64,000 bases of DNA from Anthoceros angustus (lineage: Eukaryota; Plantae; Anthocerotophyta). The DNA lies in NCBI GenBank assembly GCA_010909165.1, contig MU008189.1:558001-622000 (forward strand). Direction: 5' to 3'. Every line of letters starts with the position of its first letter. The stretch's first letter is position 1. The translations under genes were made by a program, and so were the position numbers. The notes below the pieces were generated by a model. That model worked only from the letters and a program-made list of their open reading frames with translations, did not search any database and was not told the origin of the DNA. This document shows positions 23,299 to 35,800 of this stretch, one piece after another.

Positions 23299-24762
23299 GT
23301 ACTCAGCAATAAAAACCTTCCTGCTTGACGGTTGTGCAACTGCCCCATCGTTCAACAATTAGCAGTCCCTCCGTCTCGGGTGGGGGAAGAACCTGTGAAC
23401 ATAGGAGGCATCTCATCACCAAAAGCTGCGTCGTCGACGGAATTCGTTTCCCAAAACACTCTTCCTACTGTGCAGTCGCTTCTTTTAACATCGACTTAAT
23501 TTCCTGACTGTTTGCTTTGGCCGGAGGTGATGGTCAAATGACGAAATAGCGTCACACATGCTGGCGACTGCACATCTCTCTATGCGTCGGTGTCAGTCAT
23601 AAATCGTCCAATTCACTCTGGGAGCAAGCGAGTACTCCCTTGTCAGTAATTGCTTGCCAAAACCAAGTCCAACCTGCAACCGACTGCTTCGACCGCTCTG
23701 CATTCCAGTGGCGAATTGAATTCGAGATGCCACCTCGCTGTTGCCAGTCATTCGTGAAGGAGCTGCGGTACAAAAGATTTCATCCCGCATCCACGGGATG
23801 AAATTTGTGCAACTGCGCAGTTGGCAAGGGAAGTGTTTCCAGCAAGCTCATCTTCCAGCGCTGACACTCGCACTGGCCCAGAGTGAAAGCCGGGGCTGCG
23901 CAAATTTCGCATACCGGCTGGATCTCGATTTTTACTGTCCAGGCCTTATCCGTGACAGGCTTGCTTGTATGGCAGCTTCCGGCTGGGTGCCACCGCCCCC
24001 TCCGCCGGCGGATAGGATATCCATGGGGTTATCCACATTCCAGTTGTTCGCGCAATAACGGGCACTTTACTCGTTGAGGAAAGTGTACAACCGAGAGCCC
24101 ATAGCATAGGCCATCTTTGCGTGGTGAGCCAGACCTGACCAGTGGATGCTTCCAATCCAAAAAGCGTAGTGGCCTCGGATATTACAAGATGCCCATTGTT
24201 CATCACCCGACGAGCCCCTCCTTGAACCTGCAACCAAATACGTTGTGCAAAGGCACATCTAAAGAAAGATGTTCACTCTTGTGCTCCTGCTCAGACGTAC
24301 ATAAAACACAAGACGGGCACCCGACTGCTTCAAAGAAGCCATTATACCGGTCGGAATTCGGAAGAGAAGCCTGGAGCATCCGCCAGAGAGTGGCTCTATG
24401 TTTTGCGACAATACCTGGGCTTTTCCGAACCAACGTGAGGATCTTGAAGGATTCACCTGTAGTCGAGGGGCAAGAATTAAGGCTACGCTTCTTGCTGGCT
24501 ACATAAGAGTTCATCACCGATAGCTTGGGATTTTCAAACCCAAACAAGACCGTCATCACAGTAAGTAAGACCCACACCCGAGTGTGAAATACCTCGCTGG
24601 ACAAGACGTCTTGGGATGTTCTTTCGGCTTGGAACCACGACGCTGTGTTTAAAAGCAATGAGCAGTCAGGCGTTTACAAGGCAAACGGGAACAAAAATCA
24701 AACACTTGCAATCTGACGAAGCTTCAGAGCGTTCTAGTTTTGTCTTCATGGATGCTGTTGAT

Positions 24763-26270
24763 CTATAAATCTAGATTTCCAGAGTTAATATGTTGTAAAA
24801 GCTGCGCAAATCGTCCACGGAACTCTTCAGCATCAAACTCGGAGACCTCATCCACCTCATCCTCGGAGGAGTCCTCATACTCGGAGGACTCCTCATCTTC
24901 TTCATCTTCAGATGTTCCGCTGAGTTCTTCCTCGACTGTTCTGAGATAATCTCCTCGAGTCCGAGGGAAAAAGCTGGCTTGCGACATCTTGGCGAACTGG
25001 TTGGGATCTCTCACTAGAGCTGAGTAACGCAATCCAAGGTCAGAGAGCGCATTCCTACTTAGCTCGCAAAGCAAGACAGGACACGTCATACCTGGTAGGA
25101 AACTAGTGTTTCCACGGCGTGACCCCTTCACTCTCACCGACATGGTCCGAACTTTTGCTTTCCGAAACACCCACAGCCTGCGATTGTCCAACGACCACAG
25201 AACTCCTCCACGCCTAACCACCTCCACCGTGGGAAAATCCGCAGGTCGCAGCCTCCCCGCCCGGATATCGTCCACAGCATCATGAATGCTCTGGCCATTC
25301 CGGAAGTACGAGGCGATGGACTTCTGAGTGAAACGCAAATCCCGAGGGTCCACCACCATCGTCATGTTCTCCGAACTCATTGCTTCTTTGCAATCGGTTC
25401 CCGCAATTCCAAGCTGCGCTTTCGACACCACCGTCAGGCCGCAGATATGATCTTCGCATTAGGGCTCACCCTAAGCGCGGAAGTCATGAACCGTGGTTCC
25501 TGTCACCTGGCATTACGACTTGATCGACATAGGTTAGCCATGACCGAACAGCTGACAACGAGGAGGGAACAAAGGCGCATATGACAACCTCGGAAGCCTT
25601 CCAAGCATTTGAAAAGCATTGTGATAGGCCCTCCCTGCACAGTGAGTACTCAGAGGCGGAAACGCCCGAACTCGAAGCTGAAACGCCCGAAGTCATCTGA
25701 CTTCCGAGAAGTACTGCCACATACAGTTCAGTGGCTAATACAATGGTGGTGCTGTCATACATGTAGGCTGCTGGAAGCCCCAAGGGATGAACAGACGGGT
25801 ACCAGACACTGGGGCTGTAGCCAAGGGAATGACAGACTCCCAGACCACGGGACACCAGAATGCTCACAGGACTCCAGATGATACAGATCATAACCTCGAA
25901 GTTGAAAGACCTTTCACAGGATACCTATCAAGCAATTCAGACAGTCATCGATTTTCTCGGCCCCGGACTCCGGAATGTTGAGAAGAGAATTCCAGGAGGC
26001 AGATGAAGAGATGGCCAGGGACCAGGTGCTGAGATCCAATGACGCTTGCCCACACAGCTCATACAGAGAAGTTGTCACGCCAAAGAACACAACTGCGTCG
26101 ATACCCACAGTTCCAATTCCAGGCAACAACAGCCTACAGTTCAGATCAGGTAACAATGTCGGAGTAACCACAAACCAGCCATACCACGCGGAAGAATAGC
26201 TTGCCTCTCGCCTCTCGGTTGCACATCGCCCTAGAATTCATGCGGCTTACTCCTAGCATACATATGTGCA
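24763..26270 (-). CDS. ParB/Srx-like domain protein, copy A (last exon 25385-24763 intact; putative upstream exons about 26270-25925 and 25770-25507)
   Basis: Intact ORF VDPRDLRFTQKSIASYFRNGQSIHDAVDDIRAGRLRPADFPTVEVVRRGGVLWSLDNRRLWVFRKA plus an acidic tail. GT donors at 25924 and 25506 are conserved in copy B, and the 264-nt middle exon keeps phase 1. Confidence 0.72.
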
Positions 26271-27155
26271 GGAGCAGCAGTAAAAATCTCCCACATTCGT
26301 TGTTGCTAGCGCAGCTGCCACCACAATGGTATTTATGTCCAGGACAGGAGATGGTGAGACGTTTCAGGAGTAATCCAGACAGTATCCAGCCACAGAATTC
26401 ACGACATTGCAAGCCTTGGCTCATAGAGTTCCCATCAGCAATTCAGCATTTCCCTCCCTAAAAACAATGATATCCCGTCTCGGATGGGGGAAGAGCCTAA
26501 CTTAGAAAGCATCTCATCAGCAAAAACTGCGTCCTCGACAGAGCTCGTTTCCCAAGACACTCTTCCTCCTGTACAGGCGCTTCTTTTAGCATCTAATTAA
26601 TTTCCTGACGCTTTGCTTTGTTGGGAGCTGCTGGTCGATGACTGGATGGCGTCACACACCTGCTGTCGAGGCACTGGCTGACAAGTCTCGATGCCTCGAT
26701 GTCAGTCATGAATCATCCAATCCTCACTTCTTCATCCGCCAGAAAGAAAAGGGGCAGGCAGACGTCTGTGCACTGCTTTGCTTTCAGGGCATAGTCGGAA
26801 TCGGCCGCCAACAGAACGGAAAACACTGGCAAAGGCGGTGGCAAAGAATCCGGTGGTGGCGGAAAGAGATGAACTGGATGAATTCTTGATTCTCACGTTT
26901 TGCTGCAGCGCTGGGAGCATGGCTCGCAGGGCAATTTCTTGGTTCGAAAATTGACGCCCTCGCCTTGCCTGCTGGAAACCAGCACGTTCTGCACCGAAGG
27001 TAAGAATTCTCGGTCTGGACTCCAATTACTCCCGAGCTACCTCAGAAAGTCCAATCTGCACCCGAATGCTCCCACCGCTCCGTTCCCCGTGGCGAATTGA
27101 GTTCGAGATGCCACCTCGCCGTTGCCAAGTCATTGGTGAAGTAGCTGCGGTGCAA

Positions 27156-27900
27156 TATCGGAAGAGATGCAGAGGCTAGGACAAGCAATCAATCAACAAG
27201 GATAGAAATCATTAGTGAATTAGGTTGTGCCACAAGGGATTAAATACCCTTACACCAAGGGGTGTGACCTTGGTTTTAGATCACTATGTAGCTGACTAAA
27301 CTATTCTAATACTCCCCCTCATACTAATATCTTAAGGCTGATGGGCTAAGCATCTTGACTAGTAGTTGCATGTACACCTAACAGAGCTACACAGGACATG
27401 TGCTGTGTGGTAGACTCTTCATCAAGATGTTGGCTCCCATGAGCTCTGTAGGACGGTACTCAAGTCGCATTTCCCTTGCGGCACACTCCTCATGCATATA
27501 GTGATATTGAAGGTCTATGTGCTTTGACCTGGAGCTGAACTTCGGGTTGCCGGTGAGGGCAAGAGCAGATTGATAATCAATCTTGATGATAACGAGCTTC
27601 TGCTGTGTGTACTAAGTTCATCCAATAGTCTGATGCGATCCACAAGGCAGCCATGTACTCCGACTCGTTGGACAAGAGAGCTTTGGCAGTCTACGGCTTG
27701 GATCCCCAATCAATGGCAGCATCATAGAGCATCAACCTGCAGGCCACACATAAACCATCTCTGCAGCTGTGCATCTTGAAACTGTTTGGGTGAGGGAGTT
27801 CTTCCCAAGTCCCACGTAACCTGCGATGGTATCTAGGCACGTACTCAGAGGACCTCGGGAAGAGTAAAAGTCTCTTCCTGTTGGGATGATACGATGTGTA
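27156..27900 (-). mobile_element. Truncated Copia remnant: RNase H end, PPT and 3' LTR (27156-27311)
   Basis: Minus strand DYQSALALTGNPKFSSRSKHIDLQYHY (RNase H); PPT GAGGGGGAG at 27320-27312 directly followed by an LTR-like segment. Confidence 0.8.
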
Positions 27901-29761
27901 ACATAGGGGAATCAGAACCCTTGCTGAAGATTTCTCCCCCGGGGTTGTTTTGATTTATTTTCAAAATACCAAATTAAAAAAAAAATCTTGAAACCATTGC
28001 GTGTCTAAACTGACAAAATTTGCTGACAATAGAGGATGCACCTCCGCCACAACATCGTTCAAGTTAACAAGCCGAGAAGAAATTGCATATACCCCACCTT
28101 CCCCCAACTTTGAAGATAGGAAATTGCAAATAACTTTCAATCCACAATAATGTACTCAGTCTGGCATTCCTAGGTTCCCTCGACTCAAATGTAGCCTGGC
28201 ACTACACAGTTGGAGTGTGAGCTAAGCGTATACTACATTGCCTTGTCAATCTAGCCCCTGTGTGTTAGAATTGCCACCCCCCAATCCCTTTCGTCGCTTC
28301 CATTCACATCCAAGGCTGCAACTCTAACTCGGAATTAGGAAAAGGAAACCAGGTGCAACATGCAATCACCACACTCTAGGTGTACATCATAGACATCATA
28401 GATCTCCCTCTTGCAAGCCACGTAAGCTCTCTGGCATGATAAAATTTGAAAGCAGTCATGTATAGCCAGATGGTTGCTTATGTGGTTCCAACTTCCATCC
28501 AGCTAAAGCCTCTCAATCTTCCATTTGTGCGTCAATGAAGCTACAATTAACACATGCATCAAACAAGTGCATCTGTGCAGTGTTCCATCAATGAATCTGC
28601 ATTTTTGTGTGCACGGCTTGCAGCTCGAAGCATCCCTCAGTTGAAATGCCGAAAACGTCCAAAGAAGGAATTGAATATACCCCACCTTGCCCAACTGTGG
28701 AGGCTGCAAATCACACAGATAGTAAGCTGAGCCAAGGGTGATCATGAATGATGAAAAGCCCAACAACCAATCCCATTGTCTATCCTCGACATAGTTCGAC
28801 AACGGTTGTCGGCCCATCGTTGGCCAAGTTCATGGTTTTTGCCGTTGCTCCGAACAGCCTGTTGATGTGGCAGGCAAGACTGATGTGTTGGATGGCAGCA
28901 CCAGCTGATTTTAGAGTTGCAACACTGATACATTGATTGGCCACACCAGTTGGGCTCACAGTTGTAAGACTCTGAGCCCAAGGCTCAGTTGGCAGCACCC
29001 TCCAACACCAGTTGGAAATCAGTTGGCACCGCTTCATCTATGCAGGTTTTTGCAATCCATGAGGGCCTTGTTCTATGTTCTACCGAATGATGTAACTGTT
29101 GCTGTGACACAAATGTTCATGGGTTCCACAAATACTAAATGTCAATTGATGAAGCTGATTGAAACACCTTGCACCTTCGGGAGAAGGTTGAAAAGGCATG
29201 ATTGATGTTCGGTATAGGTACTATAGCGGCAATTATGCTCTATCAAGATTTTACCTATGATAAGTTTTCAAGAGTTTACAAACTATATTTGAAGAGGTAT
29301 TTATATAATTTCAAAGAAATACGAAGAAAAGTGATATCTCAAAAGCTATCTACATAATTCCAAAGGGGATAGGAGGAAGAAGGGTGATATCTCAAGAGTT
29401 ATCGCCCTTATATCTGAAGTTATATTTGAAGTCTCAGATCAGTCCGCCTGAGGGATCTTTGTAGAGGGAAGACTATTTTGGAGGGATGAGAAGAGGTTTT
29501 GAAACGTGAGATCATGATTTCCTTTCATTACTTGTTTCAAACCATAGCAGGCAAGGAAGTTTTCCGGCGCCGCCAGCCAACAAAGCCCTTTTTGTTTCAT
29601 GGATTGTTGAATCTCAAGTTTTCCGAGGCAAATGGTTTTTAGCATGGTGCTGTTGACGGTGGATTCGCCATATTGCGCATTTCCGGAACGGTGTCTTTTT
29701 TGTGAAGGGGGTTTCGAAAGTGTGGAGGGGGTTCGTATATTAACCCCCTTCCAGGATTATC

Positions 29762-30005
29762 ATGTTCACTAAGGCATTCTATCAACTTAAGATGGGCGAA
29801 TCAGAATGTGTTGCTGAACATATAAAAACTTTCAGAACAGCAAGGGCTCGTTTAGCATCTTGTGGGACGACGCTGAATGAGAGCCAAACAGCCATAGCTT
29901 TGCTTAGCTCTCTACCTGACAGCTACCATGCCTTCAAGAAAACACAAAACGGAGTCATAAAGCAGGCACAACTTACTGCTCAGCGAGGACAAGGTGTTGC
30001 TTTCT
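29762..30005 (+). mobile_element. Second Copia element, gag fragment (left part)
   Basis: FYQLKMGESECVAEHIKTF...AIALLSSLPDSY is a UBN2-type Copia gag. It continues at about 61850. Confidence 0.8.
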
Positions 30006-31533
30006 CTACCAACAGCGTCTCTCAGCATAGGGGTTATTCTCCATTAAAGGGGTTTGGGTCCCTAAAGACCAAAAAATGACCCCCGAAAACGGCCAAATGC
30101 ATCATCTTTAGCAAAACCACGCTTTAGACATGTCAAAGACATTGACCATGTTATTTTCTCGTGAATACTTACGCTATCAGGGGTTTAAGCCAAGGTGTTC
30201 ATGGATTTCATCTTCACAAGGAAGGGATTTCAAGGATTTTAACGGTGCTAGGAATCCTAAACACCTCTTCATGACGATAGTACTTCCTAGCGGGGTGAGC
30301 AGTGGCAAACCAAACAAAACTAGTCCAGCAAGCCAAAGCTGCGGACGTCCGGAACAATACGCAAAAGTAGCAATTCGCAAGCGAAAAAACGGGGACGTCC
30401 GTATATGAGAACATTAACCGATAGCCCGATCATGGCCATCTCGAGAGGACCAAACTACGACTCTAGAAAGTAGCGGCCCGTGCATTGTGAGTACACAACC
30501 AGGATCTCCATTGTTGGAGTGAAAAACAGTGTGAAAAACACAGAAGGAATTGGAGCAATGCGCCGGACGTTCGGCACATTGGCGGGAGCCTTCGCCGGAC
30601 GTCCGGCGCATTTTCTGGAGACCCCAATCTTGCGGGCGTCCGCCGAGATGGAAATGGTGGAGTGGATGCGCCGGACGTCCGGCGCACATCTATGTATATT
30701 GTTTGAACCTGCAGGGACATTTGCTCGGGATAGGTGCAGATAAACTCAATGGCATAAGAACTCCAAGATTAAGCGCTCCGGTGTCGGATCAGTACCCGGA
30801 TGGGGTGCTGGATCGTGGTGCTTTCAGAATGATAGTTAAGTATTCTTGGGTCGGATAAACACTAGGATGGAGTGTTGATTTTTAGTGATTTGAAAAATTT
30901 GTAAATCATCCCGGTATCTAGGTGTAAAGTCATGAATATTATTTTTGAAAATCATTTGTTGGTTGATGTTATATTCCCACATTCGCTTTGTATACAACAT
31001 GTAAACATTTTTGGCCTTACTCTATGTGCCCCTTCCGATGACTTGCAGCTGGATCTCTTTGATTGGTGCGCCAAATGTCCGGCTCATTCGAGTTTGATGC
31101 ACGTATAGATGCATAGGCCTTGGTTTCTAGATGACCTACTGTAGACGATCTGGACTTGGAAACCCCTGTTGGGACGTGCCCGGAAGTGTTTTTTTTTTTT
31201 TTGGGATCTGTGGTGTGAAAATAAGTCGGGTTGGTAGTAGGCAGAGGTATTTATAGAAGAAATGCCCTTGGCCTATGGATTCTTTTCTTGTTTTGATTTT
31301 TAAGTTAGAAAATAAATGGTCCGGGAATTTGGTGTTCCTTGGCCCATGGACTCGGAATGTTCCCTAAAAAAGTCTATATATGTGAGATAGGGGGTTTGGA
31401 ATAATTAGAGTGTGATAGTCTATAAGTTGGGGTCGACCGCCAGAATGAATGAGTGTGGGGTTGTGGATTGGGATGTGGAAGCGGTCGAGAGGTCGAGCAG
31501 AGTAGGGGAACACAGGAAACTTAACCCTAGGAA

Positions 31534-32336
31534 ATGATGAATCCCGTTCAAACAACGGAGCGCGGGCCGGGAGCGGCGGCGGGCCGGGAGCGGCGGAGGA
31601 GCCCAAGGAGGAGGAGGCGTGTCTGGGGCACCGTGATCGGCGGAGGCGCGAGGCGCAGCGAAGGAAGGAGCTCGAACCCCGTCGGCGACATCGCGAGGCG
31701 CGAGGAGGAGGAAGGCGCGGCAGACTGGCTCCTCCGAGGAGGTAGGAACCGAGACCGACCCCCGTGAAATTCGCAGGTGGCGTTGGTTTGTGGCGAGACC
31801 AGAAGACGTGAGAGGATGGCGCCCAAGGTCACCACCGAATTGTGCTTGCCCAATGGCCGAACATGGATCATTGGAAAGTTCTCGACGGAGGAAGTGGTGA
31901 AGGAGGTGGTGGGTTTCATGGAAGAGCGGTGGAATTACATGAACTGGGGTGAGTGCGAGTGTGCGTCACACAAGGACAAACCAAAGCGGGGATTTAGAGC
32001 GAAGCCGCAGGATTGGGACCTGGAGCTGGTTAGAAGGGTGTATGGGCGCAGTAAGGAGGAGGCGGGCGGGTTGGTGATGGAGCCGTCCGGGAAAAGAAGC
32101 AGCGGCCGCCCGTTAAAGCGGGCGTGATTCGCGAACCCAACGGCCGTTGACGAGGGATTTGGCAAGTGATTGATGGGTCCGCCAGTGGCTCCTATGTTTC
32201 CGCACAAGAAGCGGGATTATTTGTCGACCACTTGCTGCGTTCAGTGAAGTGGTCAAGGGGCGAAGATCGATTGAGGCGAATTCTCTTGACAAGTTGTGTG
32301 AAGAGAGGTTGAACTTGATTTCCTCGCCTCTCTAAT
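31534..32336 (+). CDS. LTR-embedded ORF1 (hypothetical, frameshifted; also at about 51263-52018)
   Basis: Fragments join to MMNPVQ...WRWFVARDQKTVRGMAPKVTTELCLPNGRTWIIGKF...FMEERWNYMNW...LDKLCEERLNLISSPL*. Confidence 0.5.
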
Positions 32337-32339
32337 CCA

Positions 32340-35300
32340 TCTTTATGTTTACGCTAAGCTGAGGTGGAGATTGTAGCCTCCTCCACATGTGGAAGCCGGT
32401 TAGGGAGGTGAAATGGAAGGCGGAGGAGCCCAAGGAGGAAAAATCGGATAGCCGGGAGTCGGTGGCGGCAGGCGGTTCGGAGGAGAAGGAAATTCCCACC
32501 AAAGAAAAGGAGGAGGAGAAGGAAATTCCCACCAAAGAAAAGGAGGAAGACCGGGGTGAAAGGCGGGCATGAAAAGGTGAAGGCGGATGCGCGTCACGTC
32601 AGCAGGCCGCTACTGATGAAAGCCAAACGGCGGTTGGAGGTGGCGAAGAGGAGGCGCGATCCGAGGACAATTTTGGACTGGATGCGATGATGAATCAACT
32701 CCGGAGGGTTTAGGGCGACCTCGAGGCGGACCCTCCTCGGCATGGAAGAGATTTTCAAGGGGACTCCAGCAGCAGAGGTGGATGCAACCGAATTGGTGAG
32801 GGTGCGCAGCTGGGAGGAAAGTTCTCGACGGAGGGATGGCGTCGGCGGGCCGCCACAACAAGTGGACTTGCAGGCTGACCACGTCGATGATCCGGGCCCA
32901 AGCGGTTGTTGGATCAAGCGGCTTTAGCTCTCACCGCTCGTGTGCAGGCGGCGGAGGAAGTGGTGAAGGCCGGGTTTGTGAAGAGGAGGCCAAGCGCAAG
33001 CAACGGAGGAAGACAAGCGGAACCTAGAGGAAATAAGGGCCAAGATTCAAGAAGATTTGTGCAGGCCGGGAGAAGTTGCAAGCCATGACGAGGGATTTAG
33101 GATTGATGGGTCCGCCAGTGGCTCCTATGTTTCCTGCAGACAAGCGGGATTATTTGTCGACCACTTGCTGTTCCTTCATGAAGTGGTCAAGGGGCGAAGA
33201 TCGATTGAGGCGAATTCTCTTGACAAGTTGTGTGAAGAGAGGTTGAACTTGATTTCCTCGCCTCTCTAATCTCACCATTTCGTCCATCTTTATGTTTACG
33301 CTAAGCTGAGGTGGAGATTGTAGCCTCCTCCACATGTGGAAGCCGGTTAGGGAGGTGAAATGGGCGGAGGAGCCCAAGGAGGAAAAATCGGATAGCCGGG
33401 AGTCGGTGGCGGCAGGCGGTTCGGAGGAGAAGGAAATTCCCACCAAAGGAGGAGGAAGACCGGGGTGAAAGGCGGGCATGAAAAGGTGAAGGCGGATGCT
33501 GGCGTCACGTCAGCAGGCGCCGCTACTGATGAAAGCCAAACGGCAGTTGGAGGTGGCAGAAGAGGAGGCGCGATCCGAGGACAATTTTGCTGACCTGGAT
33601 GCAGATGATGAATCAACTCCGGAGGGTTTAGGGCTGACCTCAGAGGCGGACCCCTCCTCAGCATGGGAAGAGATTTTCAAGGGGACTCCACTGGCAACAG
33701 AGGTGGATGCAACCGAATTGGTGAGGGTGCGCACCCTGCTGGGGAGGAAAGTTCTCGACAGAGGGATGGCGTCTGGCGCGGGGCCGCCACAACAAGTGGA
33801 CTTGCAGGAGCTGACCACGTCGATGATCCGGGCCCAAGCGGTTGTTGGATCAAGCGGCTTTAGCTCTCACCGCTCGTGTGCAGGCGGCGGAGGAAGTGGT
33901 GAAGGCCGGGTTTGTGAAGAGGAGGCCAAGCGCAAGCAACGGAGGAAGACAAGCGGAACCTAGAGGAAATAAGGGCCAAGATTCAAGAAGATTTGTGCAG
34001 GCCGGGAGAAGTTGCAAGCCATGACGAGGGATTTGGCAACAGCTTGATGGGTCCGCCAGTGGCTCCTATGTTTCGCAGACAAGAAGCGGGATTATTTGTC
34101 CGACCACTTGCCGCTCCTTCATGAAGTGGTCAAGGCGAAGATCGATTGAGGCGAATTCTCTTGACAAGTTGTGTGAAGAGAGGTTGAACTTGATTTCCTC
34201 GCCTCTCTAATCTCACCATTTCGGTCCATCTTTATGTTTACGCTAACTGCCCCGCTGAGGTGGAGATTGTAGCCTCCTCCACATGTGGAAGCCGGTTAGG
34301 GAGGTGAATGGAAGGCGGAGGAGCCCAAGGAGGAAAAATCGGATAGCCGGGAGTCGGTGGCGGCAGCAATGGAGGAGGAGAAGGAAATTCCCACCAAAGA
34401 AAAGGAGGAAGACCGGGGTGAAAGGCGGGCATCAAAAAAGGTGAAGGCGGATCGGCCACTGTCGAAAACGCGCCACACAGAAATGAAAGCCAAACGGCAG
34501 CTTGGAGGTGGCGAAGAGGAGGCGCGATCCGAGGACAATTTTTGACGGATGCGATGATGAATCAACTCCGGAGGGTTTAGGGCGACCTCGAGGCGGACCC
34601 CTCAAAGATGGGAAGAGATTTTCAAGGGGACTCCACGCAGAGGTGGATGCAACCGAATTGGTGAGGGTGCGCACTGGGAGGAAAGTTCTCGACGGAGGGA
34701 TGGCGTCGCGGGCCGCCACAACAAGTGGACTTGCGGTGACCACGCCGATGATCCGCCCAAGCGGTTGTTGGATCAAGCGGCTTTAGCTCTCACCGCTCAA
34801 GGGGCGACGGAGGAAGTGGTGAAGGCCAGTTTGACGAAGAGGAGGCCAAGCGCAAGCAAGCGGAGGAAGACAAGCGGAACCTAGAGGAAATAAGGGCCAA
34901 GATTCAAGAAGATTTGTGCAGGCCTGTGAGAAGTTGCAAGCCATGACGAGCCAGGAAGCACTCATGGCTCAAATTAAGGATGCCCACGAGACGAACCAGA
35001 GATGCGGGGAGTTGTTGCGAGCCAGAGGCGAAGCGGCCTCGGTGGAAAAGGCCCATAAGCTAGCGGAGCGATATAAGCGGAGCGGATGAGGCACGTGGCG
35101 GGGCGTAAAAGACAAAGGGAAGGAAGCGGGGTAGCAGGACCACGGAGTAGCGGAAGGCCTACCGAGCGGAAGGAAGCGAACCGAGGTAGCCGAAACCTCA
35201 CCTACGCGGTTTCGACGAGCAGTCGTGGAGTCCACTACTGCAGTGGCTAACATTGGCGCAACCAACCCGGGCGGCGGGCGGCGGTGCGACGTGGCGCCTC

Positions 35301-35800
35301 GCGAGGACATAGGCTGTGCAACCGTGTAGCCTACGGGAGGAGGGTAAGCACCTCACCGCAGTAGGGGTCCTATTATATTACGGCACATGGATGAGGAAAC
35401 TTATGTGCCGGTCTATATGTGAATGGAGAACGCGTGCTTAACCTCACCGTCCATGTGCGTGTGGAAATAGGAGGGATCGGGGCCTACCTCGCAAGTGAGG
35501 ACCCGTGCATACTTCTACGCTGGGTGTGGGGTTGGCTCCCTATTATGCGGAGGCGACTTTGGAGGAGTTGAGCGAGGAGGAGGTCCAGCTTGGGTGGACG
35601 AGGCGTAATCCTCGGCAATAGGCGGCCGGAAGATGCGGAAGCCCAGGCGGTACACCTCAAATTCGACGTCCAGCGGTGGCGGTGAGGTGGAAGTAGTGTG
35701 GGAGAACGTCCGGCCGCGTGGCGGGAGCTCGTGGCGGCAGCAATGGAGGACGTGGGGCGGCCAAGTCGAGGTAGGGCGCGAGATAGCGTGGGGCGAGGTG
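32340..35800 (+). CDS. LTR-embedded ORF2 (hypothetical, acidic/coiled-coil; frameshifted and re-iterated; cleaner C-terminus at 55270-55791)
   Basis: WKPVREVKWKAEEPKEEKSDS; EEEAKRKQAEEDKRNL coiled coil; VLLYYGTWMRKLMCPGLYVNGERVLNLTAHVRVEIGGIGAYLQV. Confidence 0.5.

Larger units (their letters stand above)
20720..27155. repeat. Local segmental duplication: about 20720-23775 vs about 24650-27155
   Basis: Colinear diverged homology, e.g. AACAAAAATTAGACACTTGCAATCTGACGAAGC (20756) vs AACAAAAATCAAACACTTGCAATCTGACGAAGC (24691), and GAGATGCCACCTCGC at 23725 vs 27104. Confidence 0.88.

Noticed and set aside
27900-29700. Possible coding or TE remnant (including an LGEGGG-like string and an AT-rich LTR-like patch at 29200-29420)
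   Set aside because: Many stops and no second supporting motif; cannot be assigned without a search.
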